A DNA stretch of 33,070 bases from Thraustochytrium aureum (lineage: Eukaryota). A program made the translations under genes and the position numbers. Of this stretch, positions 21,094-30,714 are shown in pieces. The first letter of the stretch is position 1; each line of letters begins with the position of its first letter. The DNA is taken from the NCBI GenBank assembly GCA_012862495.1, contig BLSG01000391.1, positions 178,039-211,108 on the forward strand, in the 5' to 3' direction. Under the pieces are notes generated by a model. It was not told the origin of the DNA and did no database searches. It worked only from the letters and a program-made list of their open reading frames with translations.

Positions 21094-22134
21094 ATGGACG
21101 TCGAGGTTGCCAGCGGTCGAGCAGCGTGCTTCCAGCGCGGGACGCTGAACGCGACTTCTGGACAGTGCATTTGCGACGATGCTTCGAAGTACTCAAGCCT
21201 GGACATGTGCAGGCACAGCGCGATTCATTTTCTTGGCGAGAGCTGGAGCGCACTGGTTGCACTAACGACATGGGGTGGCACTGCGGTCGTTGCGCTGTTT
21301 GCTGTCGTATGTATTTTTAAGCTGGCAGGCGAGATCTCATCCCCGCGCACGCCGGCTCGCGGCGGGCGGTGCATTGTGATTTCCATCTCGCTCGTGTTCT
21401 CACTCGTGTGCGGCACGGCGCTGCACTGCGACCAACACAACTTCCTTGCGCAATGCTCTGCACAGACAGGAAAGCTGTTGTGGACACTAAGCTATTCGCT
21501 CACAATGAGCGCGAACATGTTCACTGCGCTTGTAATGCTCAACATGTGCAAGGCGATCGAGAATCCGTTTGCGCACCGGCGACCCGCCCACAAATCGACC
21601 CTATATGTGAGCACCGGGTTTTCCAGCGTCTCTATCCTGGCCATCATCATCGGGGACACGACGGGTTGGTCGGGGATGCCAACACTCAACATGACGATGA
21701 TTGGGGCGCAGCTGTTATTTTTGGTCCATGTCTTCAGGTCTATCAGCAAGGTCTTGAACCGCGACACGATGGTCAAGCTCGAGTCAAACGGACTCCTTTC
21801 GATGAAATTGCTGGCAAGGCTTCAGCGCTACAGGCGTTTCGTCAGTTCAATCGCCATTCTCGTGATTCTAGACTTGGCTTACCTTCTCGCGATCCCTCGC
21901 CCAACGGATTACGTAGGCAGAATCCGGTCGCGATACTTGACAACCGTTGTGATTCCGTTCGTGGCGCAGGTCTGCACTATTGGCGCAGCCCTATTCGCCC
22001 TTCGAAGAGAAACCCCAAGAGTAGAGACAACGACCGAGTCGCGCACTGCGTCTGTTCGCAACCCGCGAGCAGTGGGTCCCGGCTCACTACCCAGTTCTGG
22101 CAGTAGGCGACAAGTAGTGTCCTCGAGCAGCTAG
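21094..22134 (+). CDS. Orphan 7TM protein with N-terminal 4-Cys EGF-like motif, divergent paralogue C (346 aa)
   Basis: ACFQRGTLNATSGQCICDDASKYSSLDMC, FTALVMLNMCKAIENPF, RYRR, RIRSRYL; seven hydrophobic segments; Ser/Thr-rich tail. Confidence 0.82.
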   Translation: MDVEVASGRAACFQRGTLNATSGQCICDDASKYSSLDMCRHSAIHFLGESWSALVALTTWGGTAVVALFAVVCIFKLAGEISSPRTPARGGRCIVISISLVFSLVCGTALHCDQHNFLAQCSAQTGKLLWTLSYSLTMSANMFTALVMLNMCKAIENPFAHRRPAHKSTLYVSTGFSSVSILAIIIGDTTGWSGMPTLNMTMIGAQLLFLVHVFRSISKVLNRDTMVKLESNGLLSMKLLARLQRYRRFVSSIAILVILDLAYLLAIPRPTDYVGRIRSRYLTTVVIPFVAQVCTIGAALFALRRETPRVETTTESRTASVRNPRAVGPGSLPSSGSRRQVVSSSS

Positions 22135-22287
22135 CGTGGCGCAGGCGCATCGTGAACCCGCATTAGTAGGCCCATCGATGGCTCGTTGCGCGTTGGACAT
22201 GCACGATGTCGCGGACACCGCTGAATAAAGTAGCCGGCCCTGGGTCTCCAGGTTTGGCGGTTGTCCACCACATGGGTCCACTCCTTC

Positions 22288-22343
22288 GGACTACAACTGG
22301 GCCAGGGCCAATTGTGGACTACAACTGGACCAGGGCCAATTGT
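22288..22343. repeat. 28-bp tandem duplication GGACTACAACTGG(G/A)CCAGGGCCAATTGT x2
   Basis: Copies at 22288-22315 and 22316-22343 differ at one position. Confidence 0.88.
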
Positions 22344-22977
22344 TTATGATGGTTGTCTGTGCTGCCAGAACTTCGGGGCGGCTTCGTTCCGGACATCACG
22401 GCTTGCGATGGCAGCTTGTTGGAGACCAAACCCAGCCCCATGCAAGGCACGGTCTTTCTCGAACGCTGGCAGTGATGCTCTAGCTCTAGAGAGAGCGATT
22501 CGGCGTTGACACGGACCATCTGTTCTTCATTGATTTCCCAGCCACGGCCTTGCGACTCCGAGAATCCAGAAGGCCTGCAGCCTGCTTGCCCCGGCCACTC
22601 GGTTGAGAATCGGCAAAGGATTTAGAATCGGTAGGAGTAAATGCTCGGCTTTTAGCTCGTTTGTTTTTTGGTATCGGTTTCAGGGGCAGTCGGCAGAGCG
22701 ATGTGGTTGTCGGGCCCGTCCCAGCCCTCGATTGAAAGCGCTAGGTCGTTGGCGCCGCGAGAGAGATCAGTCAGTCTGTCGGTCTCAAGTTGCATCCGGT
22801 GTGCCGTGGAGTAAGTCTTGTGTCAGTTGCAGTTCTGCCGACGAGGATCGTATGTTGACAGCGCGAACGAGATCAACCCGTCGCGCCACCACCACCACCA
22901 CGACTCTCTGTGCGTGGTGGTAAGGAATATCTCTGTGGGCTCCGGCTCTCTTGCCCGAGAGCCCAGTGCGCCGCGAT

Positions 22978-24593
22978 TCAGGCCGCGGTCGAACCCGAGC
23001 CCGTGCCGGAGGCAACTTGCGCAGCAGCTGCGGCCGCCGCGAGCAGCTGATGCGGTGAGACGGGCTTGCCAACTGCGCCGGCCTTCTCCATCGAGGTGGA
23101 GAACACATTGAAGTAGTTGGAAAAGAGAACCGGGTCGGTGCTGATGGGTGAGCTCGAGTTGGAGTTGCCGGGACCTTGAAGTCCTGTCAGGACAGTCGGC
23201 ACGCCGCTCGGGTTGGCGACGCCTGAAAAGTTGCCCGAGCCCGAGCCTCCCAACTGTTTTGCAATCTGGTTTGCGATCTCGCGCTGCAGGAGATCGTTGA
23301 AGTGGGGCGACGAGGGCTTGGCCTGCTGCTGCGCGAGCATGAGCTTTGCCATCTCGCGGTAGCTCTCGCTCATCCGCAGGAGCTCCTTTGCGCGCTCCGC
23401 GACGGCGTTGACGTCCATCGCCGTAAAGTCGCCTCCGCTAGGGGAGGACGACGAAGCCATCCGAGCGTTCCTTGAGCGTCCGGAGGTGGCCAGGCTCTGC
23501 CCGATCGAGAGCAGGTCCGCTAGCGTGGCTGTGCCGGAGGGCGACGAGCCCCCCGTGCCGCCGCCGCTGCTGCTGCTGTGCCGCGGGCTGCGGCGCTTGG
23601 CAGCAGGGGCGACCGCAGAGCTCTGGAGCGAGGAGGGCGACGCGCGCTTCTTCCGGTTCGCGGGCCCAGATGCGCGGCCGCTCGCGCTCCGCTTGGCTGC
23701 CTTCTTGCTGGATGCGACCGCAGCAGCAACGGCTGCGGCTGCGGCGGTCTTGCCTGCCATGGCGAGCGCAGCGGCGTCCTTCTTCGAGGGGGGAGCGCCG
23801 CCTGGCCGTCCTTGGCGTCGCCACCATTGCGGGCAAGGAATTGGGGCTTGATCGAATGCCAGCGGTTCTTGACGCCGTTTTCTGAGCGGCCCGGCATGAG
23901 TTCTGCGATCCACTTCCACCGGTTTCCGAGGCGCAAGTTGAGCTCGTACAGTTGCTGGTCCTCCTCTGGGGTCCACTCGTCCTTGGAAATGGTTGGGTCG
24001 AGGTGGTTGATGAAGCGCTCGCGAACCTGCTTTCCAAGCCGGCCATCGAGGGACTTTGCGATCACAGACCAGCGCACGTTCTGCGGGCCGCCGCTCTCCT
24101 TGATCATCTGCAGGATTTTCTCGTCCTCCTCGGGGCTCCAAGGGCCCTTGACGAGGCCCGGCTTGAGGCACTTGTTCCAGCGGTGCAGGCACTGGACGTC
24201 GGAGCGCTCAGAGCCAGAGAGCTCGAAAAACTCCTTGGCGATGCGCTTCCAGTGGCGGTTGCCGTTCTTCTCGACGAGCTTGCGGAGCACGATATCCTCC
24301 TGCTGAGTCCAGCGGCGGCCGGGCCGCCTTTTCTTGGGCCCGTCCACCACGGGAAGGTTGGCCAGGAGCTCCGTCACGTTCTCCGCCTGCTCGTAGCCGG
24401 CGCCGGGTGGCGCCGGCGGGGCGTCGCTGTTCCCGAGCCCGACCAGGTTTTCTGCGTTGTGAAACTCGTTCTTCATGACATCGGTCTTGACGTTCTTGAG
24501 CCCGGTCATGATCCTGCGTTTCTTCATGGGGAGCACCTCTGCCGCGGCGTTCTGCATCGCGCCTCCATTCTCATCGTTCACCGACGTCGCCAT
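22978..24593 (-). CDS. MYB3R: Three-repeat (R1R2R3) Myb transcription factor, ~538 aa, with an apparent 1-nt frameshift near the G6 run at 23788-23793
   Basis: RRWTQQED...WKRIA...RSDVQCLHRWNKCLKPGLVKGPWSPEED...WSVIA...GRLGKQVRERFINHLDP...WTPEED...LGNRWKWIAELMPGRSENGVKNRW. An Ala/Ser/Gln-rich C-terminus continues in the adjacent frame to TGA 22978-22980. Confidence 0.9.
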
Positions 24594-24945
24594 CCCGCCC
24601 TCGCTCCCTTGCCTCGCACAGCGCAGACGTTCAGCGAGCGTCCCAAGCAGCAGGCGGACGGACGAACGGTGTCAGGCCGGCCGACCGGAACAACCCCCAA
24701 AAAACCCACCACCACAGAGAGCAAAGGCACAGGCCGCGAGTGCGCGCTGATCGCTCGCCGTCCGTCCGGTGCGTCGCGGCTCGGTCTCCTTCGCAGCGCG
24801 TTTCTTGTTCGCGTCAAGGTACTCGAGCAGGTCCAAGAATGCGCGGCGCGACTCTGCTCGTGCGGGGCCGCTGTCAGCTCGGCTTGGTTCGGTGTCTGCC
24901 GCGCCCAAAACCTCATTTGCTCGCCCTTCACCTTGCGTCTGCGGC

Positions 24946-25686
24946 CCTCACACGGAGCGCCCGAGCAGGATTTTCGCGTTTCTTTGGCGTATTTCGTCGC
25001 TCGCTCTCGCGACCCCCCTCACACCAGCGCCGCTTTTCGCGAGTTTTTGCCAACATTTATGGCATTTCGGTCGAAAAGCGACGAATGAGCCGGAATTAGG
25101 TAGGCGCTTTCGCAAAGGACGACAGGGAGTGCGTTTTGGCGCCCGCCTCCTGCGGGAGGAAGTGGGACTGCGCGGCGCCTCACAACGGCGCAGAGAGGGG
25201 ACTCGCAACGCGCGCAGAGGGAGGCCGGCGGCGCCCTCACAAAGCGCCGCCAACGGACGAAAGAACGGCTCCCTGCGAGGGGGATCGACCGTTTGGAGGC
25301 GCTGTGAGGCGTTCACGCGCCCCCTCACATGGGACGCCGCGCAAAGGCGCTCGACCATGTGAGGGGAGCGCCGGTGGCCCTCCTGCGCTTGGGCCTCGTT
25401 TTCGACCGTTTTCAACGTCCGTTGGTCTCTCGGAGTATCCTCGCAATCGAGCAGAGCGCGCTTTGTGAGGGCCAAAACGACCGATTGTGCAACCGGAGGA
25501 ATGTGAGGTTTCGCCGACTTTTTCGGCCGTTGGCAGTTGGCGAGCGCGCCACTCTCACCTTCGCGGCCAGTCCGCGGGCGTGGGCTCGACGCTAGGGACA
25601 CCTGCGGAGAAAGTCCTGATGAGGTGGCGGAAAGCGGACCCTGAAGAGGATAGGCAGCTGGCCGGAAGCAACGGACGCGTTAACGG
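24946..25686. promoter_or_regulatory. Putative cis-regulatory module between the divergent Myb and AcpS genes: 9x CCTCACA, 9x AACGG, E2F-like sites
   Basis: Motif copies counted directly (see findings); non-coding position 350-1100 bp upstream of the Myb ATG. Function is inferred. Confidence 0.6.
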
Positions 25687-25996
25687 ACCGTCGCCGAACA
25701 GATCGTCGTTCTCCGGGCGCGGACGAACAGATCGAACGACTCTCTCGCGTTGGTCTTTCCTCCTGGGAAGCCTCGTCACGAGGGTGCTCTCGTGACGTGA
25801 CCGTGTCACTGCTGCCGTGCGAACGTTCTCGCGGTGCTCTGCGTCACTGGTGCGCCACGGAGTGCGCGTCACAGAGGCCCGCAGCGTGTCGCGGCGCTAC
25901 TGGGTGGGCGTTGACGCACGAGCGCCTCGCCGGGCAAGCAAGCCAGCAAGCGAGGAAGTGGGCGAGGCAGGCGGCAGTGGCGCGAGCGGCGCGCCG

Positions 25997-26508
25997 ATGC
26001 GGGTGCTCGGCATCGGCGTGGACGTCGTGAAGACGGCGCGCGTAGCTGCTACGCTCGAGAGGTTTGGCGCGCGGTTCACGCGGCGCATTTTGCACCAACT
26101 CGAGCTCGACCTGCTCGGGCGCGCCGAAGGCCGCAGCCGCGCGGAGTTCGTGGCAGGACGGTGAGTCGGCGGACGAGCGGCAGCGATGGGGAGGCGGAGG
26201 CTGACGGGGCGCGCCCGTCGGATAGCTGGGCGGCGAAAGAGGCCGCGTTTAAGGCGTTGGGCGGCCAGGCTGCAGGGACGCCGAGGGTCGACTTTCGCGA
26301 GCTCGCTGTTGTGCGCGACGCCGCGGACCCAAGGCCAAGGCTCTACTTGTTTGGCGCTGCTCTTGAGGCTGCAAGGCGCCAGGGCGTGCAGGCGGCGCAT
26401 GTATCCATCTCGCACGAGCGCGAATATGCCGTGGCGCAAGTACTCCTCGAGGGCGAGGCGGCTTGCGCGCGAGCGGGGCTGTCGCTCGAGGACCGGGAGC
26501 CCTCCTGA
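25997..26508 (+). CDS. acpS: Holo-[acyl-carrier-protein] synthase (AcpS-type 4'-phosphopantetheinyl transferase), 148 aa; exons 25997-26160 and 26226-26508
   Basis: MRVLGIGVDVV, RFTRRIL, FVAGR|WAAKEAAFKALG, HVSISHEREYAVAQVLLE. Confidence 0.93.
26161..26225 (+). other. AcpS intron (65 nt, phase 2)
   Basis: GTGAGT donor, GCTGAC branch, GATAG acceptor; removal restores AGRWAAKEA. Confidence 0.92.
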
Positions 26509-26614
26509 CCCCTTATGGCCGGCTTTGGCGCGCTCGCGCTTCGTCAGAGAGAATGCGTAGGGTCTAGCTAGCTGTAGCTCTATAGATGTTTATTCTACCT
26601 TCACACGGCCCCCA

Positions 26615-29600
26615 CTAGTTCGACCCGGCGGCGTCAGCTCCCTCTCCGCCGTCGTCCTCTGGGGAAGCCACCACAATGGTGCCAGTCCCCGCTGAGAAAT
26701 CAGCGCCGTTCAACGCCACAGCGACGCTATACTCCCCTGCGACAGCAAAGCGCGGCAGCTGGCAAACGAGCGAACGCCGCGTGGCGGTATCAGCAGGCGC
26801 CGTGTTGGGCTCTTCCTTCTTGGCCGTCGATGGGGCCGCCTTTTTCTTCCCCTTGGCCACGACCTCTGCCGGGGGCTCCTCTACGGCCTCAGCGAGGGGT
26901 TTCATGCTGGCTGGCACGTCGTGCACCCCTGCCCCTTCCGGGCCAGCAAAGCGGATCACCACGCTCCCCGTTTCTGGAACCCCGGAAGCTGCCTCGACAA
27001 CTATGGTCGCTATCGCGCATGCCGGCTCATCGTCGGCTCCCTCAGAATCCCCCTCCTCCTCCGCCGCCGCCGCCGCCGCGGCAATCGGGCAAGCAACCGG
27101 GACACTGTCCGGCGTCACTTGAACCACCCCAGGCGGCTCGTAGAGCTTGACCGGGTCGCCTAGCGGGACAAAATTGACTCCGTTGACTGCAAGTTGCGCC
27201 GAAAGAGCCAGCGGCTCCTCGCAAGCTCCGGCGCCCGCCGACAGAGCCGCCGCCTCGGCCTTGGCCTCCACCTCAGCTCTCGCCTCGGGCCCAAGCGCCT
27301 CGAGCTCCTCTTCCGAGGCCGGGAGGTGCTCCTCCAAGTAAGCCGACCGAGCAGCATTCTGAAGGGCCTCGACGNNNNNNNNNNNNNNNNNNNNNNNNNN
27401 NNNNNNNNNNNNNNNNNNNNNNNNNNNNNNNNNNNNNNNNNNNNNNNNNNNNNNNNNNNNNNNNNNNNNNNNNNNNNNNNNNNNNNNNNNNNNNNNNNNN
27501 NNNNNNNNNNNNNNNNNNNNNNNNCAGAACTGGGGTGCAGGACGGGAGGAGCCAGCCCTGATGCTCAGGCGCCACACGAACCTCGAGCTCGCAGCCGCCA
27601 GCGCTCGGCACGAAGCGCGGCGCGATCGCCTCAAGCTCGCCCCAATAAAACACAAACGGGGCCCGAAACGGGGCCCAGCAGCGCCCGCCATCGATCGTGA
27701 GCGCAAGCTGGGCCTCGCGAAACCCCCAGCCTTGCCCGTTGGACATGATTGCCCACCGCCCCAAGAGCGGGAGCTTGGCGCTAACTTGGCCGAGCTCCAA
27801 GTCCATTGCGGCTGGGACCTCGATGCTCGGACCGCGCCCGGAGAAGCAAAACCTTATGCGCACGTGCTCGGCGATTGCAGGGTCGAACGAGGTAAGGCCC
27901 GTGCACTTTAGAAGGATCTCGTCCTCGAGCGAGACCGGCGTCGACGGGGTGGGCTGCGTTGCGTCTGGGTCTGCGTCTGGGTCTGCCTTTGCGTCTGCGT
28001 CTGCGGCTGCGGCTGGATGCGTCGCTCCTTCGTCACCGACACCGAAGACACCGGAGGCGGGGTCCGAGGCTTGTGTGTGGCTGGTCTCAAGGCCTGATGC
28101 CAGCCCTGGCTCGTCGTCGACGCAGGGGTAGGCGAGCGGCTCGGCTTGGAGGACTTGAACGCGAGCAAGTCTGAAACGAGTACTCGCGGCGCGCGCTTCG
28201 GTCTGCGGCTCTGCGAAGACCATTCCATTAAGCGAAACTCTCACGACCGCGTCGACGATGTCTTCTCCCTCGGAAGCAAGTGCATCAAAGGCCTCTGAAA
28301 GGTTCACCACGGCTCGAGCTCCGGCTGGGTGGCTTGTCGCGCTTGCCGGACGCGACCTTGGCGCATCGCCCTCCTCAGGAGCGGGTTGCGCAGCGGGAAC
28401 GAGTGTCGCCGGCACGTCAAAGACCTTGCCAGAAGAAGCACTTGCGAGCCTCATCGTGAGCTCTGGCAGGGCCATGATGTTGTCGCCTTCGAGAGCAAAC
28501 TCCAGCATTGCGTCGCGGCCCTCGGCAAAGCACGAGGCAAACGCAGGCGACGAGGACGCCAGCACGCAGGGGTTGGTGTAAAGGAAGAACACCTCGTCGT
28601 TAGTAAACGTGAGGCCGTCCATCGCGACTTGGACGAGAACCACGCCAGGCGCGGCGCACGGGGGTGCCGTGCAGCACACTGTCCCCGACTCTGGGTCAAA
28701 GACTGCGTCCACCTGGGTAATAACGCGCCCGTCGCCGCGGGCCGAGCTGGACGAGGAGGATGAGGATGCCAGAGAGCCAGAGTCCTCCTCTTCGACCTCT
28801 TCGTCCTCGTCTTCTTCGTCCTCCTCTGCCTCTCCACCATTATCTCCCTGGCTGTCGCCAAACTCGGACTGATCGTCCGAGCCGTTGTTGTTTTGCCCGT
28901 CGTTTTTGCGCTTGAGCGGGACAAAACGGACCTTGATGGACCCAGAGTCCCAGAATCCCACGCCGCTGATGCGGATTTCGTGCCCACCGTACAGCGGCCC
29001 GTTCCCGGGCGATACAGACGAAGCGCAGGTGCGCACGAGAGCGACGAGGCCGCCTTGCGAGGTCGGTTGAGCAAGGTCGGCCGACATCTCTTTGCCCTCC
29101 TGTCCGAGAGCGAGCTTGATCGGCGCTGCGCTCGACCCGCCCAAGCCGATCTTGCCGCATTGGTGCACCGCCCCGTCGCGCGACAAAAAGCTCGAGCTGT
29201 TCTTGGCGGCGGCCACCACCGCGATCGGGGGCAGGGCGTCTGATCCGAGCATCACAGGCTCGTACCGCGTCTTTGTGGATCCATCGCCCAACTGGCCAAA
29301 GGCGTTGAATCCCCAAGCAACCACTTGGCCACGCGCGTCGACGGCCACCAAATGCGCTTCGCCGCACGCCACGCCGATGAAGAAAAAGGGCACGGCGCCG
29401 TCCTCCTGGTCGCGCTCGGCGGACCGAGACAGGTCCAGCTGCAGGCTCGACTCTGGCTCTGGCGCGCTACCCTTTCCCCCTCCAGCGCCGTCCTTGGCCT
29501 GCATGGCGCTGGCCTTGAGCTCGCCTGCGTCTGAGCAAGGTGGCTGGCCTTGCTCCGGCTTGCCGAGGCTAGATGCGTTGGCAACGGCCTCGGTGGGGTC

Positions 29601-30518
29601 CTCGTCTCGGCCCTGGAACACGCGGTGCCGGTCTTGCTCTGGAATGAGGTCCGCGTAGTCCTCGGGGCCTTCAGCCCGAGCCGATGCGGGCAGGGACGAT
29701 CTAGCGGTGGCCAAGCATGACGCGCCGCTGCTCGGCCCGACGACGCGAGCTGGCACGCTGCGCCGAGTGCACCGGCCGGTCCCCAATTGACCCATCAGGC
29801 CCTCGCCCCACGTCCAAATGCCGCCCTTCGAGTCAATTGCCGCGGTAAACCGCGCGCCGCAGGCGACTTGAACGATCCTCAGCTTTGACAGACCCTGGAC
29901 CAGCTTCGGAACAAGCCGGACACCAACGGCAGGTTCGAGGTCAAAGTTCACCTCGCGGCCTAGCCCTTGGCCCAGTTGGCCCTCAAAGCCGCGTCCCCAG
30001 GTGTAGAGAGCGCCGCATTTGGCCACAGCTGCCCCATGCATCTGCCCGCAGGATACCTGGGCAAAGGCTTGGTCGCGCACGGTTGGGACGACCTCGGCGA
30101 CCCTGGATCCCCGCGTGTGACCGAGTCCAAGCTGCCCGTCGCGGCCCTCGCCCCAGCAGTAGAGACGGGAGTCTTCGAGGCCCACGCCGGCCGCGAAGCG
30201 TTCGCCGAGGGCGATGGACTCGAGCTTTACGTCCAGCCCGCCGTCGTCCGAGCTCTCGCCTTCGTTGCTCTGGATCCTGAGTGCCTCGCCTGTTTCACTC
30301 AGCGCGTACGACCGGCCAAACCCGCTCGCGAGCTGCACAATTTTGACTCCGCGGAGAGCCTCGGCTGTGCTGAAGGAGCCGGCTTTGGCCGGCTCGCTGC
30401 TTGAGAGGACTTCGCCGAGGAAGCCCCGCCCCGGGTTTGGCTCGAGCTCGACCGCCGAGTCTAGCCCGCCGCTGCGCGCAGTGGCGAGGGGGTCCTCGGG
30501 GCCGTCAATGGTGTCCAT
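26615..30518 (-). CDS. Large RCC1-repeat plus multiple IPT/TIG-like domain protein; interrupted by gap 27375-27524, 5' end uncertain
   Basis: RCC1 blades (LYCWGEGRDGQLGLG, VSCGQMHGAAV, LYTWGRGFEGQLG, VACGARFTAAI, WTWGEGLMGQLG, VACGEAHLVAV, AWGFNAFGQLGDG), then IPT-like SSVSPGNGPLYGGHEIRISGVGF and strand ends VQVAMDGLTF, VRVSLNGMVF, LTIDGG, LAVNGVNF, VAVALNGADF. The part beyond the gap ends at TAG 26615-26617. Confidence 0.85.
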
Positions 30519-30698
30519 CTAGCGATGCGGAACGAGGTCGTTGTCCCCGCTGGNNNNNNNNNNNNNNNNNNNNNNNNNNNNNNNNNNNNNNNNNNNNNNN
30601 NNNNNNNNNNNNNNNNNNNNNNNNNNNNNNNNNNNNNNNNNNNNNNNNNNNNNNNNNNNNNNNNNNNNNNNNNNNNNNNNNNNNNNNNNNNNNNNNNN

Positions 30699-30714
30699 CT
30701 GGCTGGCTGGCTGG
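30699..30714. repeat. (CTGG)n microsatellite edge flanking gap 30554-30698
   Basis: ctggctggctggctgg on the right of the gap and ctgg on its left edge, so the gap is probably a collapsed (CTGG)n tract. Confidence 0.6.

Noticed and set aside
22288..22343. 28-bp direct repeat as a CRISPR repeat or LTR remnant
   Set aside because: Two abutting copies with no spacer; a simple tandem duplication.
24946..25508. CRISPR-like reading of a repeated motif with unique spacers
   Set aside because: The repeat is only 7-8 bp, irregularly spaced and in mixed orientation, in a eukaryotic context with no cas genes.
25997..26508. AcpS as a marker of a PKS/NRPS or PUFA-synthase gene cluster
   Set aside because: No synthase or carrier-protein gene in the window, and it is the short AcpS type rather than Sfp type.
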